From Acutalibacteraceae bacterium (lineage in GTDB: Bacteria > Bacillota > Clostridia > Oscillospirales > Acutalibacteraceae), in the NCBI GenBank assembly GCA_045587085.1, contig JAZNBP010000120.1, forward strand, positions 1 to 56,915: a stretch of DNA of 56,915 nt. The letters are read 5' to 3'. Positions 49,171-56,915 of the stretch are shown here, in pieces. The translations under genes were made by a program, and so were the position numbers. The notes beneath the pieces are model-generated. The model saw nothing but the letters and a program-made list of their open reading frames with translations. It was not told the origin of the DNA and made no database searches. Position 1 is the first letter of the stretch. The number at the start of each line of letters is the position of its first letter.

Positions 49171-50874
49171 ATGATTAACAATGTAGATTCACTTAAGTTT
49201 ACTCAGATATTTAAGGGCAAATCTAACACTTATGTTCGTAATGAACTACCTAAAGAAAAGCCTGAAGCAGGTAAGAAAATCAAAACAATCATCACTAACA
49301 ACGAAGGTAAGGTAGATAAAGACCTTTTATTTCATCACTTGAACGGAGACTTCGGAGTTGGTGTTTGTCCTGTAAACGCAGAAGGTAAATGCTTCTTTGG
49401 GGTAATTGATATTGATTATTACAAATCTAAAATCAGAAAAGTACTTCAGTTTATAAAAGAGTATCAGCTTCCATTACTTCCGTTCAGAAGTAAGAGTGGA
49501 GGACTTCACGTATATCTGATACTCTCGAAAGCAGTCTCAGCTAAACATATGCGTGAGATACTTAATCAAATTGTATATTATTTATCTCTTGATTTGCTTT
49601 ATGGTAAAGCAAAGGTAGAGATATTTCCTAAACAGGAGAAAGCAGAAGGTTTCGGCTCTTCTGTTACATTACCTTATTTTAATGCTGAAAAACCATATAC
49701 ATACCTCTTGGACTTGGACAGTAACCCTGTTCCCTTCTCTGAAGCTTTGGATTACATTCAGCATAGATTTACTTCAATAGAAGCTGTTAAAGAAGCGTTA
49801 GACAATCTTCCTTATAATGACGCTCCTCCTTGTATACAGCGTATCCTGATTTCTGAAGAAGTTGGTGGAGAGGATACAGGAAGAAACAATTTCTTGTACT
49901 CATTCGCTGTCTATGCTAAGAAGAAGTATGGGAACGGCTTTGAGGATTATGTAAAAGAAATCAACGAGAAGTTTGAATGTCCTCTTGAGGACAATGTAGT
50001 TGAACAGACCTGTACCTCAGTTCGTGAGCACGAGTATGTTTATAAGTGTAAGGATATTCCTTGTAACTCTTTCTGTGATAAACCAACTTGCCGTAAAAGA
50101 GAGTTTGGGCTTGGTAGAGATAAAGGACATTTCACAGGAATTGATTACGGTCAGCTGTTCCGTTACAAAAGTGCAGAGCCTTATTACATTTGGAAGCTTC
50201 GCTTACAAGGTCAAGAAGCTTGGGTAGACGTCATCTTTAAGGATGAGGGCTATCTTCTTGACCAAAAGAACTTTGCTAAGATGTGTGTAAGATACCTCAA
50301 TCAAGCTCCTATGCAGGTTTCAAATAATGATTGGTATGCAATTCTTAACTCTGTTCTTCCTAACGTTCAGGACGTAGAAGTTAAACAGGAAAGTGATACT
50401 TCTGCTTTGTCAATGGTTAAGTTTGCATTTATTAAGTACCTTGCAAACAAGCAGGCAAGACGTGACTCTCCTCAGCAGATTCGTGTTAATCTTTGTGTAA
50501 GACGAATGGAGTGTGGTGTTCCAAAATACTACTTTACTCATATCGGCTTTGCTGAGTTCCTGAAGAATCAGAAAATCACTTTCGATTTCAATATGCTTCG
50601 TGAAACATTATTGAAGTTCGGAGCTAAAGAAGATGTTCTTGTTTATGAAGATTCTCTTGGTGAGGAAAGAAGCTTTCCGTGTTGGAGCAAGACAGAGGAT
50701 GATGTTATTGAAGACGCTTACAACGGAGCTATGGAAGTTGAGGAAGGGGATAGAAAAGCAATGTCTATAGAAAGTGTCGGAGACGCTTCTAACGTTGATG
50801 AGTACGAGCCAAAAGAAGAGAAAGAAAAGCCTTATACAGATGAAGATAGAAAAGAAGGGGAGGAATTATTCTAA
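49171..50874 (+). CDS. Archaeo-eukaryotic-type primase-polymerase (prim-pol)
   Basis: GVIDIDYY (DxD) and SKSGGLHVYLIL (sGG.H.y) catalytic motifs; Cys-rich zinc motif CKDIPCNSFCDKPTC. Confidence 0.6.
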   Translation: MINNVDSLKFTQIFKGKSNTYVRNELPKEKPEAGKKIKTIITNNEGKVDKDLLFHHLNGDFGVGVCPVNAEGKCFFGVIDIDYYKSKIRKVLQFIKEYQLPLLPFRSKSGGLHVYLILSKAVSAKHMREILNQIVYYLSLDLLYGKAKVEIFPKQEKAEGFGSSVTLPYFNAEKPYTYLLDLDSNPVPFSEALDYIQHRFTSIEAVKEALDNLPYNDAPPCIQRILISEEVGGEDTGRNNFLYSFAVYAKKKYGNGFEDYVKEINEKFECPLEDNVVEQTCTSVREHEYVYKCKDIPCNSFCDKPTCRKREFGLGRDKGHFTGIDYGQLFRYKSAEPYYIWKLRLQGQEAWVDVIFKDEGYLLDQKNFAKMCVRYLNQAPMQVSNNDWYAILNSVLPNVQDVEVKQESDTSALSMVKFAFIKYLANKQARRDSPQQIRVNLCVRRMECGVPKYYFTHIGFAEFLKNQKITFDFNMLRETLLKFGAKEDVLVYEDSLGEERSFPCWSKTEDDVIEDAYNGAMEVEEGDRKAMSIESVGDASNVDEYEPKEEKEKPYTDEDRKEGEELF

Positions 50875-51488
50875 TGCTTAAGAAATGTAAGAAAGCTCTC
50901 CTTCTTTCTGACATCACACATTTTGCTGACACATACAGAGAAATAGCAGATGAATTAGGAGTAACTCTAACTGTTGAATCAGATTGGAACGTCAAATACA
51001 GACTGAATCAGGAAGTAGTAATCCTCGGCTCTAAGTTTTTAGACAAACTTAATCCTGATTACTTCCCTCAGGCAGTACTGATTCTGAAATCAGATGAGAA
51101 GCCATTCCCTTACATACAGCAGGGGATAACAAGATTTATATGTGATTATCAGAACACTAAGGAACTTGGCTTGGCTTTCTTCTATGATATGCCTGTGTAT
51201 ATAAGTTATACCACAGTAGAGCTTGAAGAAATGCTTAAAGGCTTTACAGCACATAGTTTTGTGGTTGGCGAATATAACTTTGATTTCTTAGCTGACTCTT
51301 TTAAGTTCAGAGGGAAACAAATCTATTTAGCTAAATCTCAGAAGCGTTACCTTGCTGAGTGGTTACTTGGCGGTCATAAAGATAATAAACGAAGAATGTT
51401 ACTTTGTACTTTACGTAAGAAGTTCGGAGAAACATTTTTATCAGATGTAGACCGTTTCGGTCATATCATAGGAGGAAAAGATGAGTAA
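50874..51488 (+). CDS. Atypical response-regulator-like protein: degenerate receiver-like N-domain plus OmpR/PhoB-type winged helix
   Basis: C-terminal FDFLADSFKFRGKQIYLAKSQKRYLAEWLL..LRKKFGE matches the Trans_reg_C pattern; N-terminal KALLLSD..VVILGS lacks the canonical acidic pocket. Confidence 0.4.
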   Translation: MLKKCKKALLLSDITHFADTYREIADELGVTLTVESDWNVKYRLNQEVVILGSKFLDKLNPDYFPQAVLILKSDEKPFPYIQQGITRFICDYQNTKELGLAFFYDMPVYISYTTVELEEMLKGFTAHSFVVGEYNFDFLADSFKFRGKQIYLAKSQKRYLAEWLLGGHKDNKRRMLLCTLRKKFGETFLSDVDRFGHIIGGKDE

Positions 51489-51687
51489 CAGAGCAAAGAG
51501 AGTGAGTGACAAGATTGTTAGTCAGCGAGTTGGTACTGTCGTTCAGGTATTGGCGATTATGGAAACCAACGCCCGTAAGATGTCTTGGTGGCAGAGATTT
51601 AAGCTCAGTCAGAGCTTCTTGTGGAAGAAGAACATTGACAGCTTCTTTCAGCTTGCAGATGAAAACAACAAGAAGGAAGGGAAATGA
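51481..51687 (+). CDS. Hypothetical small basic protein
   Basis: AGGAGG SD. Confidence 0.5.
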   Translation: MSNRAKRVSDKIVSQRVGTVVQVLAIMETNARKMSWWQRFKLSQSFLWKKNIDSFFQLADENNKKEGK

Positions 51688-51932
51688 ACGGAAAAATATT
51701 TAAGATTCTTGAACAGAAAGAAGATTGTGTTTTGTTAGTACGATACTGTTCTGATATGAGACACATTTATAAAGTTCGAGACATTGAGAATGATGACGTG
51801 TTTATCAGTAACAATTACGAACGAGCTAAGGATTATTTCGACCATTTTAACTTAGCTGAAATCAGAGCTCAGAAAAGAGAGCTCTTTGAAAAATGGTTAG
51901 ATGAGTTCGCTGAGAAGAAAGCAGAGGTTTAA
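51684..51932 (+). CDS. Hypothetical protein
   Basis: ATGA overlap with the upstream stop. Confidence 0.5.
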   Translation: MNGKIFKILEQKEDCVLLVRYCSDMRHIYKVRDIENDDVFISNNYERAKDYFDHFNLAEIRAQKRELFEKWLDEFAEKKAEV

Positions 51933-51933
51933 G

Positions 51934-53439
51934 ATGTTATTTGAAGGAAAAGAAGTTAAGATTTTGCTTGCACAAGCAGGCTCAGGCAAGACAAGCAGAT
52001 TGATTGAAGAGGTATCTAAGGAGCTTGAGACGAGACGCCCTGAAGAAATTGCCTTTGTAACTTTTACACGTAAAGGAGCAGAGGAAGGTCTTCATCGAGT
52101 GTGCTCTAAGCTCAGACTTACTCCTGACGATTTACCTTACTTCAGAACACTTCATTCCTTAACATTTCACGCTTTAGGTCTTAAAGCAACTCAGATGTTT
52201 GGAAGACTCGACCAAAGGAAGTTTAACAAAGAGTATGGTTATGAAGTTAACCGCTGTGAAGTGGATACGGGAAGGGTAGCTCCTACCCGTGACTCACAGT
52301 ACTTGGATTTTTATGACCTTGAACGGTCAGGAGCTTTAACAAGTAAACAGCTTGCTGAAGCCGATATTGAATTAGGTTATTACCGCCAACTTGTACGGAA
52401 ATATGAGGAATATAAAGCCAACGAGCACCTAGTTGACTTTTTTGACTGCCTTATAAAGTACGTACAGGAAGGCGATTCTCTTCCTGTAAGAGTCGTGATG
52501 ATTGACGAAGCTCAGGACATTACAACACTACAGTGGAAGGTTATAGATAAAGCTTTCTCAAGAGCTGAGAAAGTAATCGTAGCAGGTGACGAGAATCAGA
52601 GTATCTATCAGTACTCAGGGGCTCGTCCTGACTACCTTATTACACTCGCAAGGCACTACCCTGTTGAACACCTTTCTGTATCACACAGAATCCCTCAGAG
52701 CGTCTACAGACTAGCTAAAGGGATAACTGAGTTCATCGGGGATAAGACAGATAAGCCTTTCAACCCAAAATTGACGAATCCTGAAGGAAGCATAACACAG
52801 CTGTCGGAGCTTGACCGCTTGAAGCACTTTATTAGAGAGGAAGATTTTAGCAATAACAGTAATGAGACTTCTTGGTATATTCTTGCACGTAACAACTGCT
52901 TTCTTCCTGAAGCTCAGAAATTACTAGAGGAAAACCTGATACCTTATTGGACAGCTGACGGATTCTTTATGGGTGGTCAGATTATGAAACGTCTTAAGGA
53001 TTACCGTGGGTATGCTTTAGAAGGATACGGAAACCCTAAGAAAAGAGAAGACTTTCAGAGGAGATTTGGAATCGCAGATTTCACTAAGCCGTTCACTGAG
53101 ACCTGCCTGTTTACAGAAGGACGCAAGTGGGTATATGACGCTTACATTGAAAAGTATGGATTTGAACTTCTTGAACAAATGTGCAAATGGACTCCTCAGA
53201 TTTTAGTTAGTACGATACATCACGTTAAAGGTGGTGAAGCGAATAATGTTGCTGTTATGTTAGATACTACTCGTAGAACTACAGGAAACATCTTTAATGA
53301 TATTGATGAGGAGCTGAGAATCCTCTATGTAGGTGTGACTCGTACGAAACAAAACTTATTCCTAATCGACAGCAGGAACGGTCTTGGTTATGACAAGCTG
53401 TTACAGACAATAAAGGATGAAAACCACCTTGAGTGGTAG
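51934..53439 (+). CDS. UvrD/Rep/PcrA-family (SF1) DNA helicase
   Basis: AQAGSGKTS (Walker A), VMIDEAQD (II), AGDENQSIY (III), TIHHVKGGEANNV and YVGVTRTKQNL (V/VI). Confidence 0.7.
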   Translation: MLFEGKEVKILLAQAGSGKTSRLIEEVSKELETRRPEEIAFVTFTRKGAEEGLHRVCSKLRLTPDDLPYFRTLHSLTFHALGLKATQMFGRLDQRKFNKEYGYEVNRCEVDTGRVAPTRDSQYLDFYDLERSGALTSKQLAEADIELGYYRQLVRKYEEYKANEHLVDFFDCLIKYVQEGDSLPVRVVMIDEAQDITTLQWKVIDKAFSRAEKVIVAGDENQSIYQYSGARPDYLITLARHYPVEHLSVSHRIPQSVYRLAKGITEFIGDKTDKPFNPKLTNPEGSITQLSELDRLKHFIREEDFSNNSNETSWYILARNNCFLPEAQKLLEENLIPYWTADGFFMGGQIMKRLKDYRGYALEGYGNPKKREDFQRRFGIADFTKPFTETCLFTEGRKWVYDAYIEKYGFELLEQMCKWTPQILVSTIHHVKGGEANNVAVMLDTTRRTTGNIFNDIDEELRILYVGVTRTKQNLFLIDSRNGLGYDKLLQTIKDENHLEW

Positions 53440-53448
53440 GAGGAGTAT

Positions 53449-53802
53449 ATGACTATAGAAGAAGAGATTAAGTATATACACGATGAATATGACAAAGGAA
53501 ATAAATCAGTAAAGCCTTCTTTTAAGTATATTGTAATGCTTCCTATGAGTGATGATTTTGATGTTACAAATGACTTAGAAGAAGCAAAAGAGAAAGCTAT
53601 TAAATACGGAAATATGAATCATAGGATTTCAGAAATCTTTGAAGTAATGCTAGCTAAAGACGGGACTTACAGAGCAGATAAAAAGTTTATATATTATGAC
53701 TCAAGTAAGGAGTTAGAAGATATATGGGAGTTCCACGCTATGCACATTGCTTGGAGAACACGAGGAGATTATTTAGGAGGAAAAGATGAAGGAAGTAACT
53801 AG
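53449..53802 (+). CDS. Hypothetical protein
   Basis: AGGAGG SD. Confidence 0.5.
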   Translation: MTIEEEIKYIHDEYDKGNKSVKPSFKYIVMLPMSDDFDVTNDLEEAKEKAIKYGNMNHRISEIFEVMLAKDGTYRADKKFIYYDSSKELEDIWEFHAMHIAWRTRGDYLGGKDEGSN

Positions 53803-54023
53803 TTTAGAAGCTTTCAAAAAGGTGGAAAACAGAGAAGCTTGGGGAGAAGTGGATACTTGAGTATAAGGAGAATCAAAAAGTAAAGTTAGACGGAAACTTC
53901 TTTATGGATAGGTACTCTGTTTATGATTTTAGTCGCTCTCCTGAAGCACACGCAGGCTTGCAACAGCTCATAGCTTATGAAGAGTACGGAGAGTACTATG
54001 TCCTTAAAGAAGAATATTGTTGA
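53786..54023 (+). pseudogene. ORF interrupted by a +1 frame change at a GGGG run (pseudogene, sequencing error or recoding)
   Basis: AGGAGG-led ATG 53786 stops at 53858-60. The +1 frame is open from 53807 to TGA 54021-23. Removing one G of 53841-44 gives a continuous 78-aa ORF. Confidence 0.45.
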
Positions 54024-54048
54024 CATACTAAACCAAGTGTAGTATAGT
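54020..54048 (+). promoter_or_regulatory. Sigma70-type promoter (class I family)
   Basis: TTGACA 54020-25, spacer tactaaaccaagtgtag (17), TATAGT 54043-48. Confidence 0.6.
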
Positions 54049-54069
54049 AAATGATGTAAGGAGTTGGAT

Positions 54070-54363
54070 ATGATTTTTCAGTGGCAGATTAGTGAATTAG
54101 AACAGAAGGAAATGGAGGATGTAAACTACAAGAATACTCTTTTCCATTTCTGTGATGAGGTTGCAGACAGAATCGAAGCTTGGTTTAAGAAGATTGAGCT
54201 TAGTCACACTTCTCGCTTTGAAAATTGTCGTACTAATCATTTCTTCTACGTAGAGAACTGTGATTTACAGTATTTCAACGCAGATTGTGAAGGAGAGATT
54301 ATGTATCTCCTCGACGAAGGATTTAGAGTTATCGAAATTACGGAGAACAAGATAAATGGCTAA
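54070..54363 (+). CDS. Hypothetical protein
   Basis: AAGGAG 7 nt before ATG 54070. Confidence 0.5.
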   Translation: MIFQWQISELEQKEMEDVNYKNTLFHFCDEVADRIEAWFKKIELSHTSRFENCRTNHFFYVENCDLQYFNADCEGEIMYLLDEGFRVIEITENKING

Positions 54364-56476
54364 GATAACTATTGGAGCAGATACCGAAACTTATGACCCT
54401 CTCTTAAAGAAGCAGGGGTACTCTTGGAAGTATGGACAGGGACACATTTTGTGTACAGCCTTGTACTATGAAGAGGAAGACAGAATTGAGGTTATCGCAG
54501 GAATACATAATGACAATTGTCCTTTTACACGCATACAGAGACTTGAGCAGAATCGGAAGATTCGTGCTTTGCTTACTAATCCTGATGTTCGTCTTGTAGG
54601 AGCTAATATTACTTACGATATTGCTTGGTGGCTGTATGAGCTTAAGATGTCTACTTATGAAGTTAAGTGTTCATTCATTGATGTTCTTATTGCGGAACGC
54701 TTTTTGAATGAGTTTGATACTCCTGACTTGGAGAAGCTTTCTTGGCAGTACCTTAAGTATGGTAAGACAAAGCAGAGAGTTGAAGCTTGGATTCACGAAA
54801 ACATTTCTCGCAGAGGTGATTTCCGTCAACATCTTAAAGAAGCTCCTTGGGAGCTTACAGATGAGTATGTAAGAGGAGACGCTAAGAATCCTGTGAAGAT
54901 TTGGCGTAAACAGCTTACTCTCTTGAAAGAGCAGAATTTGTGTCAGCGAGTGAAGCTTGAGTTTGACATTCTCCTTCCTGCTTTGCAGATGACGATGTAC
55001 GGACTTCCTATTGATGAGAAAAAGAAGAAAGAAAACTACGAGTATCTTTCGAGCGTTGTTAAGAAGTTCCGTGCGGAGTTTATAGCTAAGTACAACTTGC
55101 CTAACTTCCGTGTAACAGCTTCAAGAGACGTAGCTTCTTTCTTGGACTCTCACAATATTCCTTATAACTATATGATTACCCTTACAGGTAAGGACGGAGT
55201 AAGATTTAGAAATGGAGAGGAAACAGATGACGCTTACAGGAAAGCAAAACAGCTTGTAACTCAATTCAGGTTGAAGAAAGGTAAGCCTGTTGCGTACGTA
55301 CCAAAAGAAATGGCGGAGCGTACAGTGGAGCTTCTCAAAGAAGAAGGCTTTATGTGTAACAGCTCACCGAACTTGGATAAGAAGTACCGTGAAGCAAAGC
55401 GAGAAGGTTATCCCGAAGTTGCTCTGATTGATGATTGGAAGAAAGCCAACGACATCTGTTCTAAGATTCTTGGGGACGCTTACAACCGATTCTACACAAA
55501 GAACTTCAAAGGAGAGACTTGTGTAAGACCTCAGGTTAAAACAGCCGATACAAAGACACACCGTATGAGTGAGAATAATCCGAACGGTCAACAAATTCCT
55601 TCAAAGAACGGTATTAAGATTCATAACGAGCGAGGAGAAGAAGTTGAAATCAGCTTCCCAAAGATAACTCGTGCTTTATTCAAGGCGAGTGAAGGTTGTG
55701 TTTTCGGTAAGATTGACTATGGACAGATTGAGTATCGTCTCATCTGTAATATTGCTTGTGGAGAATCAGGAAAGGAAGTACGCAGACAGTATGCTGAAAA
55801 TCCTCATCTTGACTTCCACCAATATGTTGTAGACCTCACAGGGCTTTCAAGAAAGTACGCTAAGAATATGAGTTTCGGTGTATCTTTCGGTATGGGGCTT
55901 CCCTCTATGGCTGAGAACTTTGGTTGGACAATCGAACACGCTGAAGAGATTGCAGAAGCATATCACTCTAAAATGCCGTTCGTAGCTCCTACTCTTGCTC
56001 TTGTAGGTGATACAGCTAAAGACAGAGGATATATCAGGACTGCTTACGGAGCTCACGCAAGACTGAAGGACAAGAAGAAAGCATACTCTATGCTTAACCG
56101 TTACACTCAGGAGAGTGGTGCTGAAGCAATGAAATGTGCTATCCGTCAGTCTTATCAGGAAGGAGTTTTTGAAAGACTCAAAACTTCTAATGTAGTACAC
56201 GATGAGCTTAACTTCCCTTACCTTGAGCCTACAGAGGAGCAGATGATTGACCTTTACAGAATGGCTCAGATAATGAGAGAAGCAATGCCTAACCTGAGAG
56301 TACCACTTGAAGCTTCTCCTGAACTTGGAGATAATTGGGCTTCAACTAAAGAAGTTACTGAGTGGATTGAACTTAGAGATAAGAATGATGAAGCTTGGAT
56401 TAAAGCTTCAGGTAACCTCAAGAAAGCTGTCAACATCTGTGACAAGCTGTTAAAGGAAGGAAGGGTAGCTGTATGA
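54356..56476 (+). CDS. Family A DNA polymerase with 3'-5' exonuclease domain
   Basis: GADTETYD (Exo I), RKYAKNMSFGVSFGMG (motif B R..AK..NFG..YG), NVVHDELNF (motif C). Confidence 0.75.
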   Translation: MAKITIGADTETYDPLLKKQGYSWKYGQGHILCTALYYEEEDRIEVIAGIHNDNCPFTRIQRLEQNRKIRALLTNPDVRLVGANITYDIAWWLYELKMSTYEVKCSFIDVLIAERFLNEFDTPDLEKLSWQYLKYGKTKQRVEAWIHENISRRGDFRQHLKEAPWELTDEYVRGDAKNPVKIWRKQLTLLKEQNLCQRVKLEFDILLPALQMTMYGLPIDEKKKKENYEYLSSVVKKFRAEFIAKYNLPNFRVTASRDVASFLDSHNIPYNYMITLTGKDGVRFRNGEETDDAYRKAKQLVTQFRLKKGKPVAYVPKEMAERTVELLKEEGFMCNSSPNLDKKYREAKREGYPEVALIDDWKKANDICSKILGDAYNRFYTKNFKGETCVRPQVKTADTKTHRMSENNPNGQQIPSKNGIKIHNERGEEVEISFPKITRALFKASEGCVFGKIDYGQIEYRLICNIACGESGKEVRRQYAENPHLDFHQYVVDLTGLSRKYAKNMSFGVSFGMGLPSMAENFGWTIEHAEEIAEAYHSKMPFVAPTLALVGDTAKDRGYIRTAYGAHARLKDKKKAYSMLNRYTQESGAEAMKCAIRQSYQEGVFERLKTSNVVHDELNFPYLEPTEEQMIDLYRMAQIMREAMPNLRVPLEASPELGDNWASTKEVTEWIELRDKNDEAWIKASGNLKKAVNICDKLLKEGRVAV

Positions 56477-56763
56477 TTAAAGAAGAACTTGAAAGCAAGT
56501 ATGTGATAGCACACGTTTTCACAGAGGACTTATTCAAAGAGGATAAAGGTTTGCTATTTAACACAAAAGATGAAGCGAAAGAATACTTAATCAAACATTG
56601 TGTTCTTTATGAGTTTTGGTGGGTTTGCACCGTAAAAGACCATAACGATTTATGCTTACGTTGGTGGGGAAATGGACAGACAGCACGTTCAAAGATGATT
56701 GATATAACGGAAGTAATTAAGGAGATAAAAGAAAATGACAAAGAAACAAAAAGCGTTTTTTGA
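56473..56763 (+). CDS. Hypothetical protein
   Basis: ATGA overlap with the polymerase stop. Confidence 0.5.
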   Translation: MIKEELESKYVIAHVFTEDLFKEDKGLLFNTKDEAKEYLIKHCVLYEFWWVCTVKDHNDLCLRWWGNGQTARSKMIDITEVIKEIKENDKETKSVF

Positions 56764-56915
56764 TTACCTTCAAAAACTTGAAGCAGAGAACGAGCAGATA
56801 AAGAACTCTGATACTTTGTGTAAGTTAATCGGTGAGCAGAAAATAAAGATTGTAGAACTTGAAGCACAGATTGAGAAAATGAAACAATGTGGAAATTGTG
56901 GTAACGGAACTATTG
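56735..56915 (+). CDS. 5' part of junction-spanning ORF (continues at 1..224 of the circular map)
   Basis: AAGGAGATAAAAGAAAATGAC cassette; ATG 56735; frame continuous into the overlap. Confidence 0.6.
   Translation, partial: MTKKQKAFFDYLQKLEAENEQIKNSDTLCKLIGEQKIKIVELEAQIEKMKQCGNCGNGTI
56775..56915. repeat. Terminal overlap copy 2 (identical to 1-141)
   Basis: Direct reading. Confidence 0.9.

Noticed and set aside
1-56915. Lysogeny module, toxin-antitoxin pair or known defence system
   Set aside because: I found no integrase/recombinase, CI/Cro-like HTH pair, RT, or recognisable defence-system motifs by eye. Absence is not proven without profile searches.

Overview
The window is one complete, circularly closed tailed-phage genome. 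Bases 1-141 repeat verbatim at 56775-56915, giving a unit length of 56,774 bp. All calls below come from reading the sequence and ORF track by eye; no searches were run, so family names rest on motifs only.

Organisation: there are two convergent transcription blocks.
- A minus-strand late block (36632 down to 8832) runs small and large terminase, portal, scaffold/protease-like, major capsid, head-tail connectors, sheath, tube, a tail chaperone pair with a -1 frameshift, tape measure, baseplate, tail fibre and lysis cassette. This is a contractile-tail (myovirus-type) layout.
- A plus-strand early/replication block (37965 through the junction to 8870) carries many small early genes, a SprT-like protease, a PD-(D/E)xK nuclease, a T7 gp2.5-like SSB candidate, an AEP primase-polymerase, a UvrD-like helicase, a family A DNA polymerase, a ThyX-like protein, MazG, DUF3310, a VRR-NUC-like nuclease and a split SNF2 helicase.

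Genes have strong AGGAGG Shine-Dalgarno sites and near-consensus TTGACA-N17-TATAAT promoters. This suggests a low-GC, Firmicutes-like host (inference). No integrase or repressor was recognised.

Most notable observations:
1. A ~1 kb ORF-free locus (46350-47409) holds a ~620 nt densely hairpinned RNA candidate flanked by two aberrant tRNA-like elements. It fits the ROOL/GOLLD class of giant phage-associated ncRNAs.
2. About 9 copies of a ~60-80 bp promoter-leader cassette, with a GGNAAAATCCCC box and a hairpin over the -35, sit in front of the early genes.
3. A SNF2 helicase is split into two exactly complementary fragments. They are encoded in inverted order (C fragment before N fragment) around a homing-endonuclease-like gene.
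4. The endolysin SD lies inside a hairpin whose loop carries a promoter -10.
5. Two same-strand ORFs in the lysis cassette share one SD.
6. An ORF is interrupted at a G4 run.
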